DNA from: a virus
Lineage: Duplodnaviria; Heunggongvirae; Uroviricota; Caudoviricetes
Virus record (IMG/VR): IMGVR_UViG_3300042691_025398
Location: 55,814-119,813 of that record
Direction: 5' to 3' (one strand)
Length of the DNA: 64,000 nt
Part shown: positions 53,735-61,275 of the stretch, in pieces
Layout of the letters: the number at the start of each line of letters is the position of its first letter
How positions within the stretch are numbered: position 1 is the first letter of the stretch
Notes under the pieces: model-generated
Told to the model about the DNA's origin: nothing
Databases searched by the model: none
What the model saw: only the letters and a program-made list of their open reading frames with translations
Program-made: the position numbers and the translations under genes

Positions 53735-54109
53735 TTAACGTAAACATCTAGCTCGTGCTTCGATCATGTGATCAACATTGCCTTTAACCACTACATTGGT
53801 ATAGGTATCAACAGTGCCACTAGCATGATCATACACTCGGTTATCCACTGCATGATAGGTACGCACACGTTCGTCACTGGCACGATAGCGTTCGGTGTCT
53901 TTGTGAAAGTGCCGCTCTACTCTAGCGCGACACACTGCTAGCGCATTTTTTCGATTGTCTTCTCTGCTGCGACTAGCAGTGCCATTGGCCTGTATGCCTG
54001 TGGGTTCATGGATACAACGGCAACAATTCTGATGTTTGTTTCGATGTTGACCACCACCACCGGTGCTGGAGAACCATTCAAATCTAAATTGGTCTTCTGT
54101 GATTTTCAT
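53735..54109 (-). CDS. arfB: ArfB-like peptidyl-tRNA hydrolase (GGQ motif, RF-1 domain protein)
   Basis: FSSTGGGGQHRNKHQNCCRCIHEPTGIQANG...SRSREDNRKNA parallels the release-factor/ArfB GGQ catalytic loop (GPGGQHVNKT..AVRLTH.PTGI...ERSQ..N). Basic C-terminal tail. Start trimmed to the internal Met MKITEDQF. The ORF track extends to 54211. Confidence 0.65.
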   Translation of the reverse strand: MKITEDQFRFEWFSSTGGGGQHRNKHQNCCRCIHEPTGIQANGTASRSREDNRKNALAVCRARVERHFHKDTERYRASDERVRTYHAVDNRVYDHASGTVDTYTNVVVKGNVDHMIEARARCLR

Positions 54110-54384
54110 TATAGATTCCTCATGCTCAACAGCAGTGCAGTTAAGTATTTTTCTTCTCGAAATGCAATAAAATGTCTGTGATCTTTCTTGGGCATGGTGT
54201 ACCATCCCCATACAGGATTTTGTATTCTATCCTGATTCCAGATAGACCAACCTTCGCCATGCTCCCAATATAATTTGTGACGCAGCTCTACAGATTTTAT
54301 CACTTCCCAACGCCAGGTTAATGCATAGATTAATCCTGCACGACCCAATTGATATCTTTTGTCTAGCTTGATAATCTTCATCAC
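54109..54384 (-). CDS. Hypothetical protein
   Basis: 91 aa. Its stop overlaps the arfB-like start. Confidence 0.3.
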   Translation of the reverse strand: MMKIIKLDKRYQLGRAGLIYALTWRWEVIKSVELRHKLYWEHGEGWSIWNQDRIQNPVWGWYTMPKKDHRHFIAFREEKYLTALLLSMRNL

Positions 54385-54395
54385 TTCCTCTATCT

Positions 54396-54480
54396 TGGTG
54401 CGACTAGCCGGAATCGAACCAGCACGACCGAAGTCGGGAGATTTTAAGTCTCCTGTGTCTACCTATTTCACCATAGTCGC
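54396..54480 (-). tRNA. tRNA-Leu (UAA), type II
   Basis: Anticodon loop CTTAAAA. Long variable arm. CCA encoded. Confidence 0.7.
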
Positions 54481-54485
54481 ATGTT

Positions 54486-54562
54486 TGGTGCGCCAGAGGG
54501 GAGTCGAACCCCTAAAATCCAGTTTCTAAGACTGACACGTATACCAGTTCCGTCACCGGCGC
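54486..54562 (-). tRNA. tRNA with anticodon UAG and short variable arm (atypical)
   Basis: Anticodon stem TCAGT/ACTGG. Loop CTTAGAA. T-arm AGGGG-TTCGACT-CCCCT. CCA encoded. Confidence 0.55.
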
Positions 54563-54568
54563 AATGTT

Positions 54569-54644
54569 TGGTGCCAACTCCCGGGATCGAACCAGGTTCC
54601 ATGCGTCTTCAGCGCACCGCAATGACCACATTTGCTAAGTTGGC
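54569..54644 (-). tRNA. tRNA-Phe (GAA)
   Basis: Loop CTGAAGA. T-loop TTCGATC. CCA encoded. Confidence 0.65.
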
Positions 54645-54645
54645 T

Positions 54646-54720
54646 TGGTGCATCGTGAGAGGGTTGAACTCCCGACCTTGGCCTTGTAAGGGCCCTGCTC
54701 TACCACTGAGCTAACGATGC
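54646..54720 (-). tRNA. tRNA-Val (UAC)
   Basis: Loop CTTACAA. Acceptor GCATCGT/ACGATGC. CCA encoded. Confidence 0.6.
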
Positions 54721-54724
54721 AGAA

Positions 54725-54958
54725 TTATTTCCAAGTGAGCACAAACAAACAACGATCTTTATCCCATTTGAATGCAACACCTAGATGATAGTATTCACCA
54801 CTATCGTTCCATGCCCATGAAGCATGATGTGAACCAACATGACGCTCTAGCCAGGACTGCACAAGATCTACACCTTGTATCCAATCCAGCTGAGGTAAAG
54901 AAGCAGTTGGCCACGGTATAGTGGCAGTATAGACAAAAGCATGTCGATCAACCAGCAT
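54725..54958 (-). CDS. Hypothetical small protein
   Basis: 77 aa ORF between tRNAs. Confidence 0.3.
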   Translation of the reverse strand: MLVDRHAFVYTATIPWPTASLPQLDWIQGVDLVQSWLERHVGSHHASWAWNDSGEYYHLGVAFKWDKDRCLFVLTWK

Positions 54959-54970
54959 GCTTGTATTTAA

Positions 54971-55049
54971 TGGTCTCGAAGGTGGGATTCGAACTCACGA
55001 TCTCCTGCTCCCAAAGCAGGCGCTTTAAGCCAGACTAAGCTACTCCGAG
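54971..55049 (-). tRNA. tRNA-Pro (UGG)
   Basis: Anticodon stem CCTGC/GCAGG. Loop TTTGGGA. Confidence 0.6.
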
Positions 55050-55132
55050 ATTAACTGTTTTGATGTATGTGATACAGAAATAAAAATACCATTACGATAA
55101 CTATGATTGCCCCATGATAGTTCTCCTTGTAT

Positions 55133-55207
55133 TGGTAGGGGATGAGGGACTCGAACCCCCGCATGGCGGAATCAAAATCCGCTGCCTTACCAACTTGGCG
55201 AATCCCC
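55133..55207 (-). tRNA. tRNA-Gln (UUG)
   Basis: Stem GCGGA/TCCGC. Loop TTTTGAT. Confidence 0.65.
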
Positions 55208-55215
55208 AACTGCTC

Positions 55216-55290
55216 TGGCCCGACCGGCAGGAATCGAACCCACATTCTGGAGGTAGAAGCTCCATGTCCTATCCATTGAACGACGGTCGG
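55216..55290 (-). tRNA. tRNA-Arg (UCU)
   Basis: Stem TGGAG/CTCCA. Loop CTTCTAC. Confidence 0.65.
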
Positions 55291-55364
55291 TTAAATCGAG
55301 AAGTCTTGACCTTGTGTTAAACATGATTCAGTGGCCTAACAACAGCGGGACAAGACATATTACT

Positions 55365-55440
55365 TGGAGCGGGTGAACAGGTTCGAACTGTCGACATTCT
55401 GCTTGGAAGGCAGACGCTCTACCAACTGAGCTACACCCGC
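55365..55440 (-). tRNA. tRNA-Gly (UCC)
   Basis: Stem TCTGC/GCAGA. Loop CTTCCAA. Confidence 0.65.
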
Positions 55441-55447
55441 ATTACTC

Positions 55448-55522
55448 TGGAGCGGATAGTCAGGTTCGAACTGACGACCTACACGTTGGCAACGTGTCGC
55501 ACTACCACTGTGCTATATCCGC
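55448..55522 (-). tRNA. tRNA-Gly (GCC)
   Basis: Stem ACACG/CGTGT. Loop TTGCCAA. Confidence 0.65.
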
Positions 55523-55528
55523 TTATAT

Positions 55529-55996
55529 CTACAATGCACCATTGGCTATTCGGTCTGCTGCATAACTTGCAGCAAATGCCCGAGGTTTCACCAAGGGAAT
55601 CACATTACATGTGCCACGAATGTAACCAATAGCTTGACTGATCACACAGCTAGAACCATGCTCTTCATTGGGGTTGATATCCAAGTGCACTTCTACTGGA
55701 AAGTCTCCCATGATTGGTGCTAGACGTTGAAACATGTCACTCACACGATACACTTCATTCATCAATCGCATGGCTGGCTTACTGGCCTTTTGATCGTAAT
55801 CGCGTTCCTTGGTGATTTCACCAAAGATTTTACAACCATTGTTGCCATTCACATGCACTACCACTGCCACGGTGTATTCTGCAAACCATACACCTTTTTC
55901 TCTAAATCGCACACTGTCTGCGCCAAGATAAACTTTTGTACCCGGACCGCAGTTGTCGATATATTGTTTTACTTCATGTAAGTTTATCTTAGGCAT
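55529..55996 (-). CDS. Hypothetical protein within the tRNA array
   Basis: 155 aa ORF. No confident motif. Confidence 0.35.
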   Translation of the reverse strand: MPKINLHEVKQYIDNCGPGTKVYLGADSVRFREKGVWFAEYTVAVVVHVNGNNGCKIFGEITKERDYDQKASKPAMRLMNEVYRVSDMFQRLAPIMGDFPVEVHLDINPNEEHGSSCVISQAIGYIRGTCNVIPLVKPRAFAASYAADRIANGAL

Positions 55997-56003
55997 TGTT
56001 TCC

Positions 56004-56078
56004 TCTCTTGGTTGGCCGGTCCGGAGAGATTCGAACTCCCGACAGCTGGTTTCGAAGACCAGAACTCTTCCGCTGAGC
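56004..56078 (-). tRNA. tRNA-Arg (UCG)
   Basis: Stem CTGGT/ACCAG. Loop CTTCGAA. Confidence 0.65.
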
Positions 56079-56085
56079 TACGGAC

Positions 56086-56173
56086 CGAATTTTTTGGCGG
56101 AGAGTATAGGATTCGAACCTATGCGCCCATTTCTGAACGACAGTTTAGCAAACTGCTGCCTTAACCACTCGGC
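56086..56173 (-). tRNA. tRNA-Ser (GCU), type II
   Basis: Loop TTGCTAA. Long variable arm. Confidence 0.65.
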
Positions 56174-56219
56174 CAACTCTCCATTTGTTTTATTTTACTA
56201 CGATGATCATTATTGATCA

Positions 56220-56293
56220 AGAATTACTTGGTGCCCCCTGACAGAATCGAACTGCCAATCCCGGGTTACAAAGCCGGTGTTATACCATTTAAC
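56220..56293 (-). tRNA. tRNA-Thr (UGU)
   Basis: Loop TTTGTAA. Confidence 0.55.
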
Positions 56294-56299
56294 TAAGGG

Positions 56300-56389
56300 G
56301 GCAAAAACTGGCGGAAGCGGTGAGATTCGAACTCACGGAGCATTTCTACTCGTCTGTTTTCAAGACAGGTGCAATCAACCGGACTCTGC
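56300..56389 (-). tRNA. tRNA-Ser (UGA), type II
   Basis: Loop CTTGAAA. Long variable arm. Confidence 0.6.
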
Positions 56390-56398
56390 CACACTTCC

Positions 56399-56605
56399 TT
56401 AACTGGGAATTATTTTTGGAATATAGGGTACATTGCGCGGCCCATGCCGCTGTTCGAATAACTGTCGTGCTTCGGTTAGATCTCGAGCATACACTCGATC
56501 TTTTACTTCACCTTGCGGTGTTCTTACTGTGGTTTCATACATTGGCATCATAATCTCCTTTGGTGCTGATGGTGGGGATTGAACCCACGGCTTCCGCCTT
56601 ACCAA
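56399..56605 (-). CDS. Hypothetical small protein
   Basis: 68 aa ORF between tRNAs. Confidence 0.3.
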   Translation of the reverse strand: MVRRKPWVQSPPSAPKEIMMPMYETTVRTPQGEVKDRVYARDLTEARQLFEQRHGPRNVPYIPKIIPS

Positions 56606-56635
56606 GGCGGTACTCTACCACTGAGTTACATCAGC
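56561..56635 (-). tRNA. tRNA-Thr (GGU)
   Basis: Stem CCGCC/GGCGG. Loop TTGGTAA. Confidence 0.65.
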
Positions 56636-56636
56636 A

Positions 56637-56711
56637 TGGTGGTGATAATTGGTAATGATCCAATCTCCTCGCCTTATGAAGGCGGTGCGCATCCATCTAC
56701 GCCATATCACC
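56637..56711 (-). tRNA. tRNA-Met/Ile2 (CAU)
   Basis: Loop TTCATAA. Unusual T-loop ATCATTA. Confidence 0.5.
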
Positions 56712-56717
56712 AGAATT

Positions 56718-56792
56718 TGGTAGCGAGTAGTGGGATTGAACCACTGACCAATGCGTTATCAACACACTGCTCTTCCGCTGAGCTAACTCGCC
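56718..56792 (-). tRNA. tRNA-Ile (GAU)
   Basis: Loop TTGATAA. Confidence 0.6.
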
Positions 56793-56794
56793 AT

Positions 56795-56868
56795 TGGCGC
56801 CGGAGGAGGGAATCGAACCCCCACTAACGGTTTTGGAGACCGCCGCACTGCCATTATACTACTCCGAC
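56795..56868 (-). tRNA. tRNA-Trp (CCA)
   Basis: Stem GCGGT/ACCGT. Loop CTCCAAA. Confidence 0.6.
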
Positions 56869-56884
56869 TTTAAACTATGTTAAT

Positions 56885-56962
56885 TGGAGCATCGGGCTGG
56901 ATTCGAACCAGCGAATCGAAGGTTTTGCAGACCCCGCCATTAGGCCTCTCTGGTACCGATGC
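56885..56962 (-). tRNA. tRNA-Cys (GCA) (tentative)
   Basis: Loop CTGCAAA. T-loop TTCGAAT. Confidence 0.5.
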
Positions 56963-56965
56963 ATG

Positions 56966-57259
56966 TTAATCTTCTTCGTCGTCAAACTCACCTGAGTTAT
57001 GACAATAGCCTTTCAATGTACCTACGAGCATTTCTCGATCTGTGATTACAAACACATTGTATTCACTCCGACGAAAAGGTTTCATTTTAGGAGGTGGTCG
57101 ACGACTATCTGTATCATAAGGCAAAGGTTCAACTTTGACATTACCTGAATCTTCGTATGTCTGTGCCACACGCCCTATGATAATTCTATTGTTATGACAG
57201 GTCAATACAGTGGAACCTGTTTGAATAGTTGTTCCTAAAATGTCTTTTAAGCCTGTCAC
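56966..57259 (-). CDS. Hypothetical protein
   Basis: 97 aa. Confidence 0.3.
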   Translation of the reverse strand: MTGLKDILGTTIQTGSTVLTCHNNRIIIGRVAQTYEDSGNVKVEPLPYDTDSRRPPPKMKPFRRSEYNVFVITDREMLVGTLKGYCHNSGEFDDEED

Positions 57260-57287
57260 AAAACCTCCATTAAAGTTTTGGTTATGT

Positions 57288-57363
57288 TGGGGTGACTGAA
57301 GGGAGTCGAACCCTCACTGTACGGAATCACAATCCGGGGCACTACCATTATGCTACAGTCACC
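57288..57363 (-). tRNA. tRNA-His (GUG)
   Basis: Loop TTGTGAT. Extra 5' G(-1). C73 discriminator. Confidence 0.65.
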
Positions 57364-57364
57364 A

Positions 57365-57629
57365 TCAAATTTTGTCAAGTGGAATTTCTTTCACTGGACT
57401 GTCAATTTTGCTCTCTACTACAAAGACATCAAACATTGTGTCATCTTCTGGATGACATATTTCTTCTAAAAAAGTTTCATTAAACTTTGTACGCCAGTGT
57501 AGAAATTTCTGTTTGTCAGCATCCCACCTGGCCACACTGGCATTGCGACATCTTCCTGCATAATATGCACCATGCTCAAGTTCAGACTTGGCAATTTTAG
57601 AAGTGTAATTGTATGGACTATGAATCATA
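57365..57629 (-). CDS. Hypothetical protein (trimmed so it does not overlap tRNA-Ala)
   Basis: The ORF track extends to 57832, through the tRNA at 57645-57720. The internal start MIHSPYNY avoids the overlap. Confidence 0.3.
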
Positions 57630-57644
57630 ACATTTCCTTGTAAG

Positions 57645-57720
57645 TGGTGGAGGTTATCGGACTCGAACCGATCACCCTCTGCTTGCAAAGCAGATGCTCT
57701 CCCAGATGAGCTAAACCCCC
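57645..57720 (-). tRNA. tRNA-Ala (UGC)
   Basis: Loop TTTGCAA. G3:U70 identity pair in the acceptor GGGGGTT/AACCTCC. Confidence 0.7.
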
Positions 57721-58211
57721 GTTTGAATAATTGTACGCAATTGATCAAGACTTTGATCAACATCACCATGGTGTAATATACCATGACCTCCGGCTGCCTG
57801 CCATTGCTCGATGTTGCTGCGACGGTCATCAATCAAGATATCACCAGGCCGAGCCCAAAGCTGTTTGTCATGACTGTAAGGACCAAACCAGATGGGTATG
57901 TCACCAAAATGTCTTTGCTTCCATGTGACCTTGTCCTGGAATGCCCAGGGAAAATCATTGTCTTGTGGCACAGCAGTTAAGAATCTAACATCTCGGTTGG
58001 TTTGATCTGCAAGATCCAACACTGTGGCTACCAAGCGCCTGGCATCAGGCATTAGTGGCAAGTCACGATAAAATCTTGGAAAGGCACGTAACTTGATCCA
58101 GTCATGATCCGGCCAACGTTCATTGGCCGAATGACTGCGTCCAATAATCTTTGATGCTTCTGCATCAAAGTCGGCTACCACACCATCCATGTCTAGATAG
58201 ATTGTTTGCAT
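57711..58211 (-). CDS. HAD-superfamily 5'(3')-nucleotidase-like hydrolase
   Basis: IYLDMDGVVADF motif I. 166 aa. The 3' end overlaps the tRNA-Ala 5' end by about 10 nt. Confidence 0.5.
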   Translation of the reverse strand: MQTIYLDMDGVVADFDAEASKIIGRSHSANERWPDHDWIKLRAFPRFYRDLPLMPDARRLVATVLDLADQTNRDVRFLTAVPQDNDFPWAFQDKVTWKQRHFGDIPIWFGPYSHDKQLWARPGDILIDDRRSNIEQWQAAGGHGILHHGDVDQSLDQLRTIIQTGV

Positions 58212-58225
58212 ACTTTCCTTTTGAT

Positions 58226-58301
58226 TGGCTCCAGCGGTTGGGATCGAACCAACGACAAACGGATTAACAGTCCGCTGCTTCTACCTCTGAGCTACGCTGG
58301 A
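58226..58301 (-). tRNA. tRNA-Asn (GUU)
   Basis: Loop CTGTTAA. Confidence 0.65.
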
Positions 58302-58308
58302 ATTGATT

Positions 58309-58401
58309 TGGTGGGTGTCCACGGATTCGAACCGCGAATGTTTACCACGAGGGACCGGATTTACAGTCCGGTGTAGCACACGCCATAGCTACAAGACACC
58401 C
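58309..58401 (-). tRNA. tRNA-Tyr (GUA), type II
   Basis: Loop CTGTAAA. Long variable arm. Confidence 0.65.
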
Positions 58402-58406
58402 AAATA

Positions 58407-58772
58407 TTATTTTTTCATTGCTTCCATGTCGGCCAGCAAGCTGGCCCACTGAATCTCTGGATTTGCACCTTTATCGAATCCATGCAAGGCCACAAGAGTT
58501 TGATCTGCACCTTCTGGTACTTTGAAATAGATGCTGGCATAGGTACAGTCAAAGTCGTCGTCTGTGTCATGTGAATACCAGGGATGACTTGTTACCCATG
58601 CAGGAAAATAATCTTCCCGATTGCCGCCACCATTGCGGGTGTAAACTACAATGTAGCCATCTTCCATGTAGACATTTCTAAAACGACCAAAATCCGCACG
58701 AGTGGCGCCAAGAATTTCCAATAAACGATCAGTGTCTGGGTTCATACCGAACACAGTGTTGTACAAGCTCAT
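58407..58772 (-). CDS. Hypothetical protein
   Basis: 121 aa. Confidence 0.3.
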   Translation of the reverse strand: MSLYNTVFGMNPDTDRLLEILGATRADFGRFRNVYMEDGYIVVYTRNGGGNREDYFPAWVTSHPWYSHDTDDDFDCTYASIYFKVPEGADQTLVALHGFDKGANPEIQWASLLADMEAMKK

Positions 58773-58790
58773 GTTGCCTCCAGATTGCTG

Positions 58791-59204
58791 TTATTTGAGA
58801 TCTTTGGAATCCACACAGGTGCCGCCTTTGAACACATAGATATCTGAGTCTATGCGGATTTGTTCAAACACGTGATTGTTCACACAAATATATGGATCTT
58901 TGTAATTTTGAGTCCAAGAATACACTCCAAAACCTATACCAGCCAGCACCATGAGTATGGGAATATACTTTAGATACTTTACTATTTCTGGCATCGCACT
59001 CAGTATTTGAGGCAGATTTTTGAGCAATTCTTTCATGCTCTTATTTACTACTTTTGGCGGTCCCAAGGGGTAACGATCCCCTTCTTTCAGCGTGACAGGC
59101 TGATGTGCGTCCATGAACACTTTGGAACCTGTGTCTGGTGCTCTGCGTCCCGCGGCGGTAATTATAGTCTGTAGTAACACCCACCGACCCTCCACCCGCT
59201 CCAC
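58791..59204 (-). CDS. Hypothetical membrane protein (start uncertain)
   Basis: 137 aa. A hydrophobic segment. The 5' part lies in a GC-rich spacer that may be non-coding. Confidence 0.3.
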   Translation of the reverse strand: MERVEGRWVLLQTIITAAGRRAPDTGSKVFMDAHQPVTLKEGDRYPLGPPKVVNKSMKELLKNLPQILSAMPEIVKYLKYIPILMVLAGIGFGVYSWTQNYKDPYICVNNHVFEQIRIDSDIYVFKGGTCVDSKDLK

Positions 59205-59318
59205 AACCGGGACCGTTCTCGCATTGCCAGCGCACTTTCGGTTTGAAGTGTACCACCCGTGCTTGTCAAGGCACTTCTCATCCTCCGGGTCAGAGTATCC
59301 AGTGACGCTGGAACGTTT

Positions 59319-59394
59319 GGTACACCGTACGGGATTCGAACCCGTCTTTACGCCTTGAAAGGGCGTTGTCCTAACCGGATAGACGAACGGTGCA
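59319..59394 (-). tRNA. tRNA-Glu (UUC)
   Basis: Stem ACGCC/GGCGT. Loop CTTTCAA. Confidence 0.65.
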
Positions 59395-59701
59395 TAAAAT
59401 TAATGCTAACAAGGAACTGACTGTTACATGATGCCGAAGTCATGGTCGCATCAAACCCTTGCTGAACCCTTGAGGGACGATCCGCATTTGATCGTTTTAT
59501 TCTAAATTTTGAATCAGCCACTTGTTTTCCACTCAAGCCCTGAAACTGAGTTGTTACCCTGTCCATCCCTTTTATTCTCTGTCTGTGTGCAGAGGGATAC
59601 TGCCTATCAGATTCTGGGTTACCCCGCTAACGGTTTTCTGCCACCGGACCTCTATCGCTAGTCAAACGCTACTTTTAGGAGAGTAGTAACCGGAACTGGT
59701 T

Positions 59702-59773
59702 GCGGGAAACAGGAATCGAACCTGATGTCTTTGGCTTATGAGACCAACGAGTAAACCGTTTCTCCCTCCCGCC
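59702..59773 (-). tRNA. tRNA-like gene with CAU anticodon (Met/Ile2-like, atypical D-arm)
   Basis: Acceptor GCGGGAG/TTCCCGC. Anticodon stem TTGGT/GCCAA. Loop CTCATAA. T-loop TTCGATT. D-arm irregular. Confidence 0.45.
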
Positions 59774-59824
59774 ATTGTTTTGCAATATTTCTAGTGTAAC
59801 AAAAAGAATTTTATTGGTCAACCA

Positions 59825-59897
59825 TATAAAAACACACTATCCTAGATAACCTCTTTGGGACGGACCTTAACCGTTCAAAATGTGTTTTTATATGGTG
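59825..59897. repeat. Long-stem hairpin element, copy 1 (CCATATAAAAACACAC ... GTGTTTTTATATGG)
   Basis: 14-bp inverted arms flank about 44 nt. The right arm abuts the CCA end of tRNA-Lys. Confidence 0.6.
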
Positions 59898-59969
59898 GGG
59901 CCACTGAGATTCGAACTCAGGCCTGACGGATTAAAAGTCCGCTGTCTTAACCGCTTGACTATAGCCCCA
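59894..59969 (-). tRNA. tRNA-Lys (UUU)
   Basis: Stem GCGGA/TCCGT. Loop CTTTTAA. Confidence 0.65.
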
Positions 59970-60009
59970 TTATCTTATCACTCTTGTCACTGTCCATGAT
60001 GGACTCTCC

Positions 60010-60237
60010 TTATAATGTTTTACCTAGTCCCATCCAGATAAGTTGGTCTAGATCTGCTTGGTAATCTTTGCCTAATCTACGTTTTTCGTAGATGGCTTTT
60101 AATATGACCTGACCATCGCCGTAGTCAGTGGTGCCTGCTCCACGACGCTCTAGCTCTAAAACCAGTTCGTCTGTGTCAAAGTCTTCCATATCAATGTCAA
60201 CATCAACTTCTTTTGATACAGTTATATAACGACTCAT
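60010..60237 (-). CDS. Hypothetical small acidic protein
   Basis: 75 aa. Confidence 0.3.
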   Translation of the reverse strand: MSRYITVSKEVDVDIDMEDFDTDELVLELERRGAGTTDYGDGQVILKAIYEKRRLGKDYQADLDQLIWMGLGKTL

Positions 60238-60458
60238 GGTATTTTTCCTTTATAGATTGTAAGGCCACCTTGTCCCCAAGGCCCCTCACTGAGTTGTTAC
60301 CCTGTCCGCACATTTGTACTTGTGGCTAGAGCGTGGACTCCACCTACGTTTTTTCTATCACCCATATATTGGGCTTTGAGGCTATCAACGTAAGAGCCCT
60401 GGCATTGTGGTGAAGCCAATTTACCCCCATGACTAACGAAGATGGGACTCCGGGATAC

Positions 60459-60530
60459 CATATTGAAACACACTACAAAACGCTGTCACGCTCAGAGTTC
60501 GTCCATTAGCGAAGCAATGTGCTTCAATAT
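60459..60530. repeat. Long-stem hairpin element, copy 2 (CCATATTGAAACACAC ... GTGCTTCAATATGG)
   Basis: Inverted arms flank about 45 nt. Abuts a tRNA-like T-arm/CCA fragment at 60531. Confidence 0.6.
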
Positions 60531-60562
60531 GGTGGACCGCGGGGATTCGAACCCTATACTAG
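60531..60562 (-). other. tRNA-like 3' fragment (T-arm plus acceptor 3' strand plus CCA), resembling the tmRNA 3' end
   Basis: Reverse complement reads GGGTTCGAATCCCCGCGGTCCACCA. No matching 5' acceptor strand was found nearby. Confidence 0.4.
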
Positions 60563-60634
60563 TTACCTAGCATATTTTCTCTCTGCGACTTCGGGTGATC
60601 ACTCCCTAGCCGGCAACCATTGCCATTACAGCCC

Positions 60635-60696
60635 ATATTGAAACACACTATGCCACGCTCTGAACCTGGACTCTTAGTAATGTGCTTCAATATGGC
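60635..60696. repeat. Long-stem hairpin element, copy 3
   Basis: CCATATTGAAACACAC - 33 nt - GTGCTTCAATATGG. Confidence 0.6.
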
Positions 60697-60796
60697 AACA
60701 ATGTTGACTACCCTTCTAGCCCACGGTCAAGTTCTGCTAGTCGCTTTAGGGTCACCGGTAGTTCTGTCGCGCAACAGGTTACCGATCATTGTTTAC

Positions 60797-60891
60797 CATA
60801 TTGAAACACACTTAGGAATTGAACCTTTTTCAGCGAGCATCGCCTGTCTACCAAGACACCCTTTCGAACGGGTCAAATGTGTTTTAATATG
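60797..60891. repeat. Long-stem hairpin element, copy 4
   Basis: CCATATTGAAACACAC - about 65 nt, containing a GGAATTGAACC T-loop-like segment - GTGTTTTAATATGG. Confidence 0.6.
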
Positions 60892-61072
60892 GCCCAACAA
60901 TTAGCAGTATATACTGCCGCCAATTATTGGTCAACCATATTGTTGGGGTCGACACCCCAACCAGGAGTCTTACTGATCGCGTTACCGCCGCGTCTTCATG
61001 TGTCCTGTCCGCCCGTTTGCAGTTTTTTGTGAACTGCTGGTCCTCGTTACCTTAAACACTACGACAATTAGC

Positions 61073-61228
61073 TAGAGTATAACTTAAACTCTTGTGATTG
61101 TCTATAGCCTTGATGCATCAGCCTTGCACGTTCTAGCTTGTCTTCAATCAGCTTGGCCACCTGTTCGGCTGTTAGTACATGTTCGTTAAACTGATGCAAT
61201 CTTGTTTCATCTTTCTTTTCTTTCATAT
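61073..61228 (-). CDS. Possible small protein (about 52 aa, MKEKKDETRLHQFNEHV...)
   Basis: Unannotated short ORF read on the minus strand. Below the ORF-track length cutoff. Confidence 0.2.
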
Positions 61229-61235
61229 CACCTTA

Positions 61236-61275
61236 TAAAAACAAAAACCCTGGAGTGTTTAGTTCCAGGGTCCTA
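61236..61275 (-). terminator. Rho-independent terminator
   Basis: ccctggagtgtttagttccaggg hairpin followed by a U-run on the minus strand. Confidence 0.45.

Noticed and set aside
53418-53738. Plus-strand ORF of 106 aa
   Set aside because: It lies entirely across two minus-strand tRNAs and a terminator hairpin, so it is an artefact of tRNA sequence.
59041-59566. Three small ORFs (59041-59256 minus, 59113-59358 plus, 59348-59566 minus) in a GC-rich spacer
   Set aside because: Mutually overlapping and compositionally unlike neighbouring genes. The region looks like structured non-coding RNA.
59395-59700. RNase P RNA in the tRNA spacers
   Set aside because: A GGUCCGG / GGUAAC resemblance to the P4/P8-P9 regions was noticed. 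A convincing P4 3' strand (ACAGAAnCCGGCUUA) and the overall architecture could not be found, so it is left as an unclassified structured spacer.
59825-60891. CRISPR array
   Set aside because: The repeats occur as inverted pairs forming hairpins with variable inter-arm sequence. There are only four copies and no regular direct-repeat/spacer periodicity.
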